From the human T2T-CHM13v2.0 reference genome, Homo sapiens, in NCBI RefSeq assembly GCF_009914755.1, contig NC_060930.1: a DNA stretch of 64,000 bases. One strand, written 5' to 3'. Positions 43,101 to 56,814 of the stretch are shown here, piece after piece (position 1 is the stretch's first letter; every line of letters begins with the position of its first letter). A program made the position numbers and the translations under genes. The notes below the pieces were generated by a model. That model did not search any database. It was not told the origin of the DNA and worked only from the letters and a program-made list of their open reading frames with translations.

Positions 43101-44856
43101 AGTTATTACATATCAATTGAACAAGGTAGTTTTAAAATGAAAGAAAATCTTGCAACATGAATAAAGAGATAGACTCTTTGAATCTGGCATACAGCTTTCC
43201 CTTCCTTCTTCCTGCTTTCCTGGACACACCGTGGACAGACCCATTTCCCTCTGGATTCATGGTAAGGTAAGTGTGGCCTCTGGAGGAAGGCAGATGGTGG
43301 GTCTTACTCCGGTTACAGTGCTTTATTTACCAAATCGTAGCTACACTGCCTTTCCCCCTGCCAGAAAAGGTTGTCGAACTCTTTTATCTTGGAGCATTTA
43401 TGGGACCTGGATCCCACTGCATGATTTTGGGAAATGCTTGTCTAAGGAGCTTTCAGGCTCTGTGTGAAGAGCTATATATCCAGCCATGGTGCTTTCATGA
43501 GTAAAGACATTAGAAAGACTTTTTCAAATACCAAAGGGTCCAGAAATATTCTCTTAGTGGCTCATTCTATTCATTTTGGGTCCTGGGGCAAGAGAACAAA
43601 TAGTAATCTACATACCTGTACTTAAGTGGTGTTGATAAATCACACTTCAAGGTAATACACTCTTAAGTAAAATATATCCTCTCATTTTTCATGATTACTT
43701 GAAGGCCCTGGTGGAAGCTCTGCTCCAGGACAAGGGGACGCCAGTCACCTGTGGCGCCATCTCAGGGTGGCATCGCGTGGAGCTGGGTCCTGCTCTTACT
43801 GCCGCCTGACAGCAGTGCCCAGCCTGGCTCGGTGCCTCACCTGCCCCTGCCCCACCATCAGCGCTTTCTTAACAGAATAGCAATGCCGTTCCGGTGTTCT
43901 TCCATTCCCAAGCCACTGCGTGTGTCTCTGAGGAAACTGCCCCTTCCACTGTGGGAGGTCCGGCCCTGATTAGTCGCCAGAGACACACCTGGCAGGAGGC
44001 CCATGTGGACCCTGAGAGCAGACTTAGGGCCTCTGTGGCCAGGAATTCCGGGGCCCTGGGTGTCAGGAGGGGACCAGAGGGGCACATGGTCTGTGGTGGG
44101 CACACCTCTCTGGCCTTTCGGATTCCTCAGCTGGTGGGAAGAAGTGAAGCCAGAGAGAGGCCAAGCATCACCCTCCAAAGCGGAGGCTGGGAGCAGAGGC
44201 TGCACGCTGGGCTGTGAGGTGGGGCTGCCCTGAAAATCTTTCCTGAAGATGTACCTCAACCAGGTGAAAGATGGACTGAGAATGAGAAAATGATGCTAGA
44301 ACAGGGCGTGGGACTTCCCACAAGCCAGGGCTTCTCCAGATGTGGCCTATGGACTCCCAGGTCAGCACCACCTGGGACCTGGTGAAGAACGCACCCTGGC
44401 AGGCCTCGCCCCAGACCCGGGAATCCTAGAGAAGGGGTGGCCCAGCAGTCTGTGTTTCCACAGGTCCCGAGTGCTTCTGATGCAGCTGCTGAGCAGACCC
44501 CGCTCATCTCAGGAGTCCCGAGGACACTCGCTTCCCTGCAGCCCGTCCGCCCTCCATAAGCCTGGGGGCATCTGCCCTGCAGCACTGGGGAGGAGCCACC
44601 TCCTTGTCTGGGAACAGCCAAGCCTCCGTGACAGCTGAGGATTCTTGTGGATTGTTCTTTCTGTAACTGGACAGCACATCCGGAATTCCTTGCCATAGCT
44701 CTGTGCCTTGCTGGGGTCTGAGGTTCACAGGTCAGATGCTGCTGTCTGGTCCTTCCCAATTGCGGCGTGAATTCCTTCATCCTCACCAGTAGCTTCTTGC
44801 TCTCCCCAAGGGAGGCACGTGCTTAGTAGGGAGAGAGGCCTACCAAGGTTGCCATC

Positions 44857-45245
44857 TGCCATGGGCTCAATTGTGTCCCCAACCCCCCTGCAAATTATAT
44901 ATTGAAGTCCTCACCCCCAGTACCTCAGAATGTGGTTGTACTTGCAGACAGGGTCTTTAAATAGGTGATGAAGTCAGTATGAGGTGATTAGGGTGGGCCC
45001 TAATCCACGATGATGGGAGTCCTTGTAAGAAGGGAGTAGGACACAGACATGTATGGAGGGAAGACGCGGGCAGAGGAGGGCTGTCTGCAAGGCAAGGAAA
45101 GGGGTCATCGGAAGACAGCAACCCTGCCACACCTTGATTTTGGATTTCCAGCTTCCAAAATGGAAAGAAGATGATTTTTTTGTTGTTGCTGCTCAAGCCC
45201 CCCAGTCCGTGGCAGTTTGTCATGGCCACCCCAGGTGACCAAGAC
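44857..45245 (+). mobile_element. MLT1A/B/C-family MaLR solo LTR
   Basis: gaagtcctcacccccagtacctcagaatgtg…gggtgggccctaatcca…caccttgattttggatttccagcttcca. Confidence 0.85.
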
Positions 45246-47156
45246 GCCATTCCATCTGACCTGCTCCCTGGGCCTGTCTTTCTGTCTGGGTGTCTGGTTT
45301 TCCTGCTGTGCTTTGTAACCCCCGGATCTGATTCCTGACCTCCGTCTTATTTGGTGTTTACAGCAGCCACTCCTTGGCACGCTTTGCTGTTTTGATAAGT
45401 GTAACTTTTGTCCCTTCCCCTAAATACTAAAGAAAGTTGCATCAGGTTTAAGAAGCATCCCTTCCTCTCAGTCGTGGCTGGGGATTCCTCGGCCACCACA
45501 TTCTGTTATTAATGGCTTATGTTGTGTGTGGTCCTCTGGTCTCTTGTTGGTCTTTGAATGTTTTCTTATCCAAGCCTACAGGGTGGTAGCCCCACCTCTA
45601 GTGGCCCCTAGCTGTCTTTAATCTTGTGTATGAAATTAAAATATCCAGGACCATGAAAACTGAGTGCTGAGAGGCTCTAATTGTGGCATATTTTACAAAC
45701 ACACGTGCACCCATGAAGACTTTTGGTTGAATTACAATTGTATGTGGATATACCTGCCTCTAGTACACAGCACACTGAGTTTTTCTAGGATGGGGGCTGT
45801 GTTATTTTTCTCTCTGTAGTCCCAGACTTAGGAGGATGCCTGGAATTTTCTAGGTGTGTAATTGTTATTTTTTTTTTTTGAAAGAATGGATGTTTATGAG
45901 GGAGTGGAAACTCCAAGTTTAAAGAAACAAAACCATAATTTCCCATAATTTCAGCTTTACCAAACTTTCCTACCCAAAGGCCGGGACTTATCTCTTGACA
46001 CAAAACTTTGTAAATAGATTAGACCGCTTGTGGTCATTCTTGGAGCAGCTTCTCTCTATGCACTTGACTTCTGAATGCAACATTGATTTTGATTCTTCAC
46101 CCTCCTCTCTTTTTACTTTGGCCCCTTTCAGGGTACACAAACTGCTGTCAAGGTCAGATTCATGGACAGGATCCAGGAACAACCATTTCCCACCCTGGGC
46201 CACACAGAAGAAAAAGATACTTTGTGATTTCTGGTGCAAAGCAGAGATGAGGCTTTGTCTTGTGGCTGGAAGAGAGAGGGGGCTTGGGCAGAGAAGCTGG
46301 CAGAGAGGGTCCAAGGCAGGGGACGGGAAGGCTCTGGCACCCTTCCAGAGAGGGCACCTGTGGGAGGAGTTGTGAGGGGCTGGGCTTTGTGAGGCCTGGG
46401 GCCCAGGCGATCAGGCGATCCTGCTTTGGAGGCAGAGATGGCGCAGTGCCCCGGAAAATGGAGAGGAGGCCCTGCCCTCCACCCCACGCCTGTGGCAGCG
46501 GCAGGGAGTCTGTGGCACCGGGGGCTGGAGCAAGCACCGAGGGCAGAAGGGGCGGCGGGTGGCTGTGGGCAGGACACACGGGAAGGGTTTGGCCACAGTC
46601 CACACGGGACGCCCCTGGGGTTCCAGCCACAACAGGGAAGGCTGCGAGGCAGGGCTGAGGGATGGCTCCTGCAATGTGGGTGTTGTTGCTGACCAGCCCT
46701 GGTTCTCGCCTCAGCCACCTCCCTGCCACAAAGGCTATGATATTTTCCCCCAGGAAAGTCAATGTGGCTGCACAGACATTTCTTATAAAGCTACATCACA
46801 CCCCCACCAGGGGCTGCATTACAGGTATTAGGATCCCCATTGCTCCTTTCCACCACATCTTCCCTGGTGCCCCTTCGCTCGTCATTCACAGTGGTGTCCT
46901 GCCCTTCCTCCCGGCTCCTTACACCTTCATTTTCTCCAGCATCCGCTTAGTATTGATTTCTCTCGTGTTTTCACATATTGGTTTTGTTTGCTGAGCCAGA
47001 TCATGGGGAGCTCTGTGAGGATGGGGAGCTTGTCTTACATATCTTCCTCATTTTCTATACCCAAACACCTACCACATGGGAGCACACAGCTGCCACTCAG
47101 GAATTGCTTGGTGGGTTGAATGAATGGCTTAGAAAGCAGAGTTCTTCCTTAGTTCG

Positions 47157-47159
47157 TTT

Positions 47160-47219
<60 letters not shown>

Positions 47220-47243
47220 TCCTTCTTTCCTTCTTTCTTTCCT

Positions 47244-47290
<47 letters not shown>

Positions 47291-47297
47291 CTTTCCT

Positions 47298-47328
<31 letters not shown>

Positions 47329-47344
47329 CTTCTTTCTTTCTTTC

Positions 47345-47375
<31 letters not shown>

Positions 47376-47377
47376 CT

Positions 47378-47428
<51 letters not shown>

Positions 47429-47455
47429 CTCTCTCTCTTTCTTTCTTTCTCTTTT
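47157..47455. repeat. (TTTC)n compound microsatellite, expanded from an L1 tail
   Basis: About 300 bp pure pyrimidine tract abutting an antisense L1 3' end. Confidence 0.97.
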
Positions 47456-47990
47456 TTAAATGTAACTTTCATTTTAGGTTCAGGGGAACATGTCCAGGTT
47501 TGTTATACAGATAAACTATGCAGGTTTGTTGTACAGATTATTTCATCACCCAGGTACTAAGCCTAGTATCTATTAGTTATTTTTCCTGATCTTTGTCCTC
47601 CCACTCTCCACCCTCCGATAGGCCCGTGTCTCTTGTTCCCCTCTATGTGTCCTCAACATTTAGCTCCCACTTCTAAGTCAGAACATGCCTTGTTTGGTTC
47701 TCTGTTCCTGCATTAGTTTGCTAAGGATAATGGCCTCTAGCTCCATTCACGTCCCTGCAAAGGACATGATCTTGTTCCTTTTTATGGCTGCATAGTGTTC
47801 CATGGTGTATATGGACCACATTTTTTTTTATCCAGTCTACCATTGGTGGGCATTTACGTTGATTCCACGTCTTTGCTATTGTGAACAGTGCTGCAATGTA
47901 TACACACATGCATGTGTTTTTATGGCAGAACGATTTCTATTCCTTTTGGTGTATACTCAGTAAATGGGATTGCTGGGCCGAATGGTATTT
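47456..47990 (-). mobile_element. L1PA/PB 3' end
   Basis: gtacagattatttcatcacccaggtactaagcctagta…ggctgcatagtgttccatggtgtatat. Confidence 0.9.
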
Positions 47991-50033
47991 CAGACAGATT
48001 ATTTTCTATAGAGACGAATCCTGGTCGCAGCCGAAGCAGCATGCCCCCTCCTTTCCCAGCTCAGCCACACACCCCGCTTATCTCCTGTTGCTGTTTCAAA
48101 CACCCTCCCGCCTTTCCACCGCAAAGACCCTGCGCTTTGCGAAGATCCTCACTAGGGAATTTTGGAGACAGAACCTCTGAGAGCTGTCACCTCAGCTCGG
48201 GTTAGAAATCAATTCAGATTTCTGTGGGCAGCCTGAGTCCTGAGTGCACACCCAGACTTGCCTTTTCTTGCACACAATAGGCACTCAAAGTTTGCTCAAT
48301 AAACAAGTAAATCAAGAGAAAATAATAAAAAGAGAGAACCCTCTTATTTGACTAAAGGAATGAGTTTGTATGTATTAGTTGCATACCCACCACATGCATA
48401 TTGTAGTTGAACTGTTTTAGGATCCATGGGGGAGAATGGCCGTGCAGCTTGGCCCAAGTAGCTCTTTGCCAACAGGGAGGAGGCTGTCGCTATTGCCACC
48501 ACTTCTTTACCACGATGGCTCTCTGTTTCCCTCTGGTGGTAGATCCATGCCCTGCAGTGGATGTTTCTACGATTCCCACAAGGTTAAATTTGAGCAGAAT
48601 GGATTGTTAAATCTTGAAGGTCCTTACAGGTCTGTGATTACAGAGTTTCCCCAGCTAGACTATTGTGACACAATCTGGAAAGCCTCTGAATTCTTTACAA
48701 GATTAAAAATTGGTTTAAATTTTGATGAAAGTGAAAATATAAGCATCTTATGGGAGATGTGGATGATTGCTTTCCAATCACGTCCTGCACTGCAGTTCTG
48801 TTTTCACATTTGCCAGCACAGCCTGGGCTCCCTGTACCAGTAAAAGTTTTGCAGTTCGAAAACCGCAGCACACTATGGAATAAGCAAGCCCAGCGCAAAA
48901 GGCTTGTGCCTTCAGTCCACCTTCAGTGATGGGTGGCAATTCAGTTTCAGAAATGCGACATCCTCTCTCATGTTAGTTTGGCCAATTGAACTCTAATGAT
49001 TTTAGTGTTGTTACTAATTACTTTAAAAATGTACTTTGGTGATACTTAAGCGCTATATGTCCAGCTTACACCTTATTTTATAATTGTGTATTTTTATGTG
49101 TTATTACAGTAAAAATGAAGTAATTCAAATGTGGAGGTCTGCAGGTTTTCCCTTTAACACTGGGTCAAGTGTTGAGCTTGTGTGAACAACAAATGATGCA
49201 ACTGAGGTCCAGATGAATATGTCAGTGTAGCAGCATCATGTATTTGATTGAGGGCAGACCCAGGAATGCACACATAGAGCAGGTGTTCAAACTCCCAGTC
49301 CTGCATTCTCTCCACCAGGCCATCCAAATTGTCTGGATTCAAGAAAATCTATTTTGGTATTGATGAACTCCACTCTTTGCTTCCTTTTATCGGTGGAGAC
49401 TGGATCTGTAATCACTTAAAAATAATCGACATTGAGATTAATTACTTCTTTTCATGTTGATTCAAGTCACAATGTATTTCATGTTGTCTGTAGCATTTTG
49501 CTTAACAATATTAAAATTATGTGATTCTTGCCCAAGAACAGCTTATAATTACATGCAGTGGGGAGAGGAGAGACGTATATGGAAATGTAAATAATTAACA
49601 GATAGTGTAGCAAGGCAAAGCTGTCACTGTTTTTCATTGTTTTCATTCTTTGTATCCCAGCAGTAACCTTTCTGAAAGTCTCCTAGGAAGTCAAGAAGGA
49701 AGCCCCAGTCCTCCTTGTCTCAGGTGTATCTGTCCAGGGGTCACTGCTCATTTCTGTGTGGGAGAATATGGCATATGAGCCTCAGGAGGAGGGTGGCCTG
49801 AAAGACACACTGCTCATGAGGTCTTATAGCATATAAGGGCTCTTTGGGAAGAATCAAACCCCCCAATCCCCGAGGCTGGGGTTTCCTTCTCTCAGAGCTG
49901 GAGAGCAATTTCTCTGCCACCAGCGCTGACGATTTGCCTTGGCTTGGAAAGCAGCAAGCTCTTATTGTGGCTGGCCAGGCCAGGGGACCCGTCACCAATG
50001 GGGCTGCACGTGCCAAAGCACTGCCGCCATGGA

Positions 50034-50138
50034 AGCGTGTGCCTGCTTGTGCACAGTCTGTGCATACACCAGTGTGTGCACATGCATGTATGCAGGCGTG
50101 CACGTGTGTCTGTGTGCACACACATATGTGCATCCACA
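50034..50138. repeat. Alternating purine-pyrimidine low-complexity tract
   Basis: tgtgtgcacatgcatgtatgcaggcgtgcacgtgtg…cacacatatgtgca. Confidence 0.75.
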
Positions 50139-52764
50139 CTGGAGGCGAGGCCAGCTTCCTCACGTGTGGGACATGCAGCAGCTCTGGGTAGAGTCTGTGT
50201 TTTTCAGGCAGTGAGTGATACTTCATCTGGGGGCCCTGCAAGTTGGGAGTGGGGTATTCCTGAGTCATTTTGGCCTCTCAGACATTATGTGACTCCAGTG
50301 TAATCCCCAAACATGGGCCTTTGCTGCTTCCAAGTTCCAGGATAATTAGCTATGAATGTGCTGAGTGTTTTTGAAATTGTGGCCACCTATCTCTAGGACC
50401 TAAGAGTCCTCTATCTACAGTGTCAGGGAGTGTGTAGGCAAAGGTGACAGAGCGTGTGCAAACTAAGATAGTCCCTCTCCTGTCATGTATGCATTATCCA
50501 CTCACCCCCAAACAATGGCTTTTGATAATTTCTCACCACTTGGTGGGCAGGCTGGGCCAGGTGGTCTAGGATGGCACCCTCCTGTGGCCTGTGGTTGGCC
50601 GATGGGAGCTAGGGCAACGTGTGGCTCATCCCCCGGCTGGCTGACTGGCCTGGGCTCCTCCTTCATGCGGTGCTGGGGCAAGGCTCCCTCACCTGTCACC
50701 TTGTTGATGTCCCACTGGCCAAGCCCAGCTTCAAGCGGGGTGAAGACATACTTCACCTCTTGACAGGAGTGTCCACCAAGTCATGTTGCAGATGGGGGGA
50801 GGGGGCATAATTGAGGACTTGTTAGGAATCTCCCTGCTTTGCAGCTGAACAGCAAAGATGAAGACATGGACCCCACCCTCACACGATTCAGAGTCTGGGC
50901 TGGGGGTCAGGTTGAGGACTGGATGGGGACTATACCGGCCCCGTGACCCACCATCAGAGTTGACTAAAGGCCAATAGGGCCCTTAGGGTGACACAGAAGT
51001 GGGCCCCACAGGGTGACATAGAAGATGCTGGGGGCGGGCTGCAAAGGGCAGGGGGCCCGTCCATCAGTGGAGAAACGGGCACAGCAAGCGCCATGTCAGG
51101 GGAATGGTGGGGAGGGGTTGGGAGAGGGCTGGTTGGGGCAAAGGAGGCAAATTAGGCCACCAAGCTGTGGCTAATTTGACCTTATTACAGAAAGGGTGGT
51201 ATGATATTGTTATTGCTTTTAATCAGTTTCACGTTCTTGTTCAGGTAACTCTTGAACTTTTACTTATAATAGCTCTAGCAAATTTACCGAAAGTTTCTGT
51301 TTCTCTCTCTTTCTCCATTTCTGGCATTTATTGGTGCAACTGACAGAGTAGAATGAAAAATATGTGCATGAGTTTATACCCCAAGTCCAGGGATGATTTA
51401 TGTAATCCTTTTTCCATTTCAGATGCATACTGATGTTTCTGTGGGAGTTACATTTATTATCCCAATTATATGGTGAAAGGGAAAACACATTTATACATTC
51501 ATAGCTGAGGGGGTTGCAACTTCAGCTTTTCTGATTAAATTTGGCACGAGGATTGTGGCGACATTGAAAGCTGAAATTGCTGGAGATATTATTTATTGTG
51601 GCCTGCAGGCATTGTAGCAGAAATGGAATTTTACTTGAAATCGTAAAGAAAAAAAAGGCCTGAGGATTTCGGGATGCACAATTGCGTGGATGTCTCTGTA
51701 AAGGGGTGTCGAATGTGATTGGCACTCCCGGTGGGGAGGGGTGGAGGCTGCGGCTTTATTTTGATCTCTGCGAGAAACCCCCACTTTCCACCTCCCTGTC
51801 ATTCTCTTCTCCTTCCACTCTCTTTGATTCCCCTCTCCATTCTTTTGCCTCCTGTTCTCTTGCCTTACCCTGAAAGAAGAAGTAGGCATTTGTGCACCTG
51901 CCTAAGTTGCGCTCACAGATCCTGAATAGAATAGACACAAGACCTGCCTCGGGGCTCAGCCAGGATAGGACAATTCACTGGCAACTTTCCCACAGGGGCA
52001 GGCAGATTTTTTCCTCAGGAGAAGAGAAAATATGGGAAGACAGATCAGAAACTAGAGTTTTAAAATACAATTGTTTTCATCTTTGCGTTCTATTCCAGAG
52101 TTTGGCATAGAGGAAAGAGGGAAGCGAAGGGATTTCCTCATTCTTAAAGCTTCTCTTTGAGAGACAGACATAGAAGATAAAGAAGAAAGGGAAAAGGGGA
52201 GAGGAGAGAAGAAAAGCGGGGAGAAATTGGGGAATGGGAGAAGATGCTGGGATGGGAGTAGGCAGTTACGGCGTTTTGTGCTCTGGTGTGCTGCCCCACA
52301 AGCGAGACTGGGACCACGTGATTCTGGGGGAGATTTGCAAAATACCTGCCCGACTAAGCACACAAGGGTGTTAGGGCAAAGATGCCATGGCAGCATTGTT
52401 TATAACAGTGAAATGTGGGGAACATATTTAGTAAGAAGGCAGTAGTTAAAATTATGTTGTTTCTTCCCACGGAACACTATGCAAACATTAAAATAATGTA
52501 GTAGACCTCTACTTATTTCTACTAAAAGATATTCATGATGCATATTTCTAAACTAAGAAAAGCAGTTTGCAAAACTTTACAAAACAGCATGTCTAGTAGG
52601 GTCCTCTTTTGTAAAAATATATACGTATAACTATATGAAAGTGTACATAGAAAAATCTGGAATAATATATGCTAAAATGTTAACTGATTTTTTTTTCTGG
52701 GTAGTAGGATTTGAGGGAACTTTTTACATTCTTCTTTATATATTCCTTTCCTTATTTTGTGGCT

Positions 52765-53635
52765 TTTTAAATATAGACTTAATTTTTTGAAGCAGCTTTG
52801 GGTTCATAGCAAAATTGAGCCGAAAGTACAGAGAATGCAAACATATCTCCTTCCCCCATCCCCCAACAGGTGCAGCCTTTCCGGCTATCACCTTCCCGCA
52901 CCAAGAGTGGGTCATTTGTACACCAGTGAACCCACATCATCATCACCCAGAGAACAGAGTTTACATTAGGGTTCACTCTTGGTGTTGTAAATGTTAAGGG
53001 TTTTGACAAATATATAATAACCTGTATCCATCATTATCATATCATATAGAGTACTTACTTGCCCTAAAAAATCCTCTGCATTCTGCTTATTTATCCCTCT
53101 CCCTAACCCCTGGCAACCACGCATCTTTTCACCATCTCCATAATTCTGTCTTTTCCAGAATGTCATAGAGTTGGAATCACACAGTGTGTAGCCTTTTTAG
53201 ATCAGCTTGTTTTAATGAGCAATATGCATTTAAGGTTTATTCATGTCTTTTCATGGCTTGATAGCTTACTTCTTTTTAATGCTACTACTATTCCATTGTT
53301 TGAACGTACTACAGTGTATTTATCCATTTACCCACTGAAGGATATCTTGGTTGTTTCCAAGTTTTGGCAATGATGAATAAAGCTGCTGTAAAGATCTGTG
53401 TATAGATTTTTATGTGGATGTAAGTTTTCAACTCATGTGGATGGATATCAAGGAGCTCAATTGCTTGATTGTATGGTGAAGGGTAAGCTTGGGTTTGTAG
53501 GAAACTGCCAAACTGTTTTCCAAGGTGACTGCCCCATTCTGCATTCCCACCAGCAATGAATGAGAGTTCCTGTTGCTCTACATCCTCACCAGCATTTGGT
53601 GTTATCAGTGTTTTGGACTTTCGCCATTTTAATAA
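52765..53635 (-). mobile_element. L1MB/MC-like 3' fragment
   Basis: ORF 53309-53662 contains TQIFTAALFIIAKTWKQPRYPSVGKWIN, an L1 ORF2 C-terminal motif; L1M 3'UTR motifs follow. Confidence 0.85.
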
Positions 53636-53844
53636 TTGCTTGACATTTAAAGATAAACACATAATTTTTTTGGAATGAGAAAATCATTAGAGGTATTGTC
53701 CTTTTGAAAATAAAATCCATCTTATGTACAGCCTCAATGAGGTTATCAGGAAAACTCTAAATTCAAAGTTGGTAATCAGAACTCTTCCTATGGATTCCCC
53801 CTTCCATACTGTAAGCTTAAACTCATTTGCTTGCTTTTCTAAAT

Positions 53845-54045
53845 CAGTGGTTCTCAAACTTCAGTGTGCATTGGAATCACCAGGAGAGCTTGTAAAAATG
53901 TAGACTGCTGGGCTGCACCCCCAGAGTTTCTGATTCAGTAGGTCTGGGGTGGGGCCTGAGAACTTGCATTTCTAACAAGTTCCCAGGTGAGGCTGATGCT
54001 GCTGGTGTGGAACCCCACATGTCACACCTTGAGCCATGCTGTTCT
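53845..54045. mobile_element. MER5A (hAT-Charlie MITE)
   Basis: cagtggttctcaaactt…tgattcagtaggtctggggtggggcctgagaacttgcatttctaacaagttcccaggtga. Confidence 0.88.
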
Positions 54046-54936
54046 AGATAAGGAAAAAGGTGCTTCAAAAAGTTAGAAGTAATGATCTCCTTTCTAAGTT
54101 TTCCAAATTTTCTAGAACAAATGCTCCTTTAAAAATATCATATTTAGAATATTGTAAAAGAATTCCTGAATTTTTATGAGATCATTTTTTCTGAAAATAG
54201 ATAACACATCTATATGAATATATATAAAATACATTGTGGGCCCTCAAATACCTGTAAAGTGAATTTCAGACAAAGCTAGTTTTCCATGGTGCATCCTGCC
54301 ACGTGCCAACTGATGTTCGGTGTTATTGACAATCACTATCTGCATTGTGTGACATTCTTGTGGTCTGTCTATTTGATAAATTTTAAGCTTAAAGCCATTG
54401 TTCAAAAAGTCACACTATTGCTGACATTCAATGGTAAAGAATCTCAGTGAACCCAAGGAGTGCACATGCTTGTTTAAAGTTTTTTAAAAAGCACTTTCTT
54501 CTGTTCACTCTGTTGGCCCTGTGTACACAGCCACTAAGTCATTGGCACCCATTCCCTCCCACACCTGCCCTCAGAGCCCCTTGCATCCCCTGTGCAGTCA
54601 ATTGGAGGGTGCTGGACTTCCTGGTCAATGCCCAGGCTCTTCTCAGTTTCCCTTGAGCCCCCTCATCAGTTTCTTGCACTCCCTTACCCTTTCTAAAGGA
54701 CTTCCCTCGGGCTGGGGGAGCAGCAGGGAGCTCAGCTCTTTGGAGCCCAGCCCCTGCCTCCTGAGGGGCTACCCTGAGCTTTACACCATAGGGCTCCTCT
54801 GCAGGGTCAGCTGGAGATGCTCTCTGTGGGGCCTTCACTAGGCCTCCTCCTCCTTCCCATCCTGCCTTTGTCACTCCCTTCCTCATCTGCCCTGGGAGTG
54901 CTGGTGTCATAATCAATAAATCACCTACACACAGAT

Positions 54937-55321
54937 TATATTAGTCCATCTCACGCTGCTATGAAGAACTGCCCAAGACTGGGTAATTTATGAAGGAAAG
55001 AGGTTTAATTGACTCACAGTTCTGCAGGGCTGGGGAGGCCTCAGGAAACTTACAACCATGGTGGAAGGGGAAGCAAACATGTCCTTCCTCACATGGTGGC
55101 AGGAAGGAGAAGTGCCGAACAAAAGGGGAAAAGTCCCTTATGAAACCGTCAGAGCTCGTGAGAACTTACGCACTATCACAAGAGCAGCAGCTTGGGGGTA
55201 ACTGCCCCTGTGATTCAGTGATTCAGTGACCTCCCACTGCGTTCCTCCCATGACACATGGGGATTATAGGAACTACAATTCAAGGTGAGATTTGGGTAGG
55301 GACACAGCCAAACCATATCAC
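54937..55321 (-). mobile_element. THE1D/MSTA-like solo LTR
   Basis: Ends cacagccaaaccatatca; typical MaLR body. Confidence 0.9.
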
Positions 55322-56814
55322 AAATCGTTATCTTAGGGTCTACTTCCGGGAATTCTAACTTCAGATATGGGCCCTTTGTATGGTATGAACCCTAAGACAT
55401 GTCTCAGTAGAGGTCGTCCACACAATATTATTAGCAACAGTGAGAGTGTCTGGGTGGGAACTCTGTTAGCAGCAAGGCCATGTAGGAACATAAGGCCCAG
55501 CTGAGGTCCTGGAGGGAATCCAACTCTTGCCCAAACCTGCAAAACATACAGATGACAAAGTTTAATAATGTGTGGGGCAGGAAATTAGTTGGGACCTATT
55601 AGCCCATGTGTCATCTTCAGGTCCTCCTTGCCACTTGACCTCTCCCATACAGCATTCAAGTAGCAGAATAGGGTGGAGACAGGCTGTGTGCTGGGTCCGG
55701 CCTCTCTGAACCTCTCTGAGCCAGGTACCCCATGGGCTGCTGGAGCTGCCAAAAGGTCCCTATGTCCTCACGTGTGGCACAGAAGTCATGAGGACAGCTG
55801 CTGCGTACAAAGGATGATGTAGTCAGGAACATGAGGGGCTTGAGTGGACAGAGGAAATGAGGGTCTGGCGGTACCTTCCCCAAAGCCTCTGCACCCTCTA
55901 GGTGTCCTAGAACTTAGACACAGCTCCAGGGAAAGGAGAGGCGAGACCTTGAGTTGAGTGAGATTCTTCTCCCTCATCCTGGTAGGATGGGGTATTAAAA
56001 TAGAAATCCAGCTGAGGTACAGAAAATAAAGAAAGTTCTATTTCCTGCATCCATGCATTGGAGCACTGGGATCCATATGCACTATAAGTACAGGGGCACC
56101 TACCACATCCATGGTGCAGAATACAGCTGTACGGTATTTGACATATTAAACTTTTATGGGTTCAGGGAGTTTCTGCAATGCATGTGTATTCTTGTGTAAG
56201 GTCCCAAATATCTTAGACCTTCAGGAAAGTAAAGAAGTTGGTTAAACCAATACATAAAAAAACCCCATGCAAAAATCATGCTCTCACTTTATGCTTTGCT
56301 TTGACTTGCTTCACTTTTAAGCTTGCCCAGAGGCCAAGTAATCCCTGATTCAAGCCTGGTTAGAAGTAATCAGAAGAGTTTTGTTTAACAAAGCAAAGAG
56401 AAGTCAGCTCTTCAAAGCAAAACGTTCAAGGGATTTAATTTTTATGAACCAAATGTATCATATTTACTGAGTCCCTAATCTGGCCCAGACACTGAGGTTG
56501 GCGCCTTGGCCTCTGATAAAGATAAACAAGGGTAGGGGACCAGTTTGCCCTCTAGATCCTCTTTTTGTCTTTCCTCCACAGTAACTCTTGAAAGACGGGT
56601 GCATCAGACCATTGTTCCTTAAGGGACTGCTGTTTCTTTTCCTATTTATAACACGGGGAGGATGATATTTGCCTCAGTAATTTTGAAGGAAAGAGAAAAT
56701 AAATGAATCATTTTAAAGACTTGGCTTACACAGAGCATGACCTTAGAAAGCCAATTCTTTTATGATTGATAATGTTGGCAATGATATTGGCAATGATAAT
56801 GTTGACAAGCCCCT

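Noticed and set aside
46128-46831. Cluster of overlapping 90-200 aa ORFs
   Set aside because: GC-rich, stop-poor DNA; the low-complexity translations show no domain.
46978-47514. Phe/Leu/Ser-rich and Lys/Glu/Arg-rich ORFs
   Set aside because: Translations of the (TTTC)n microsatellite.
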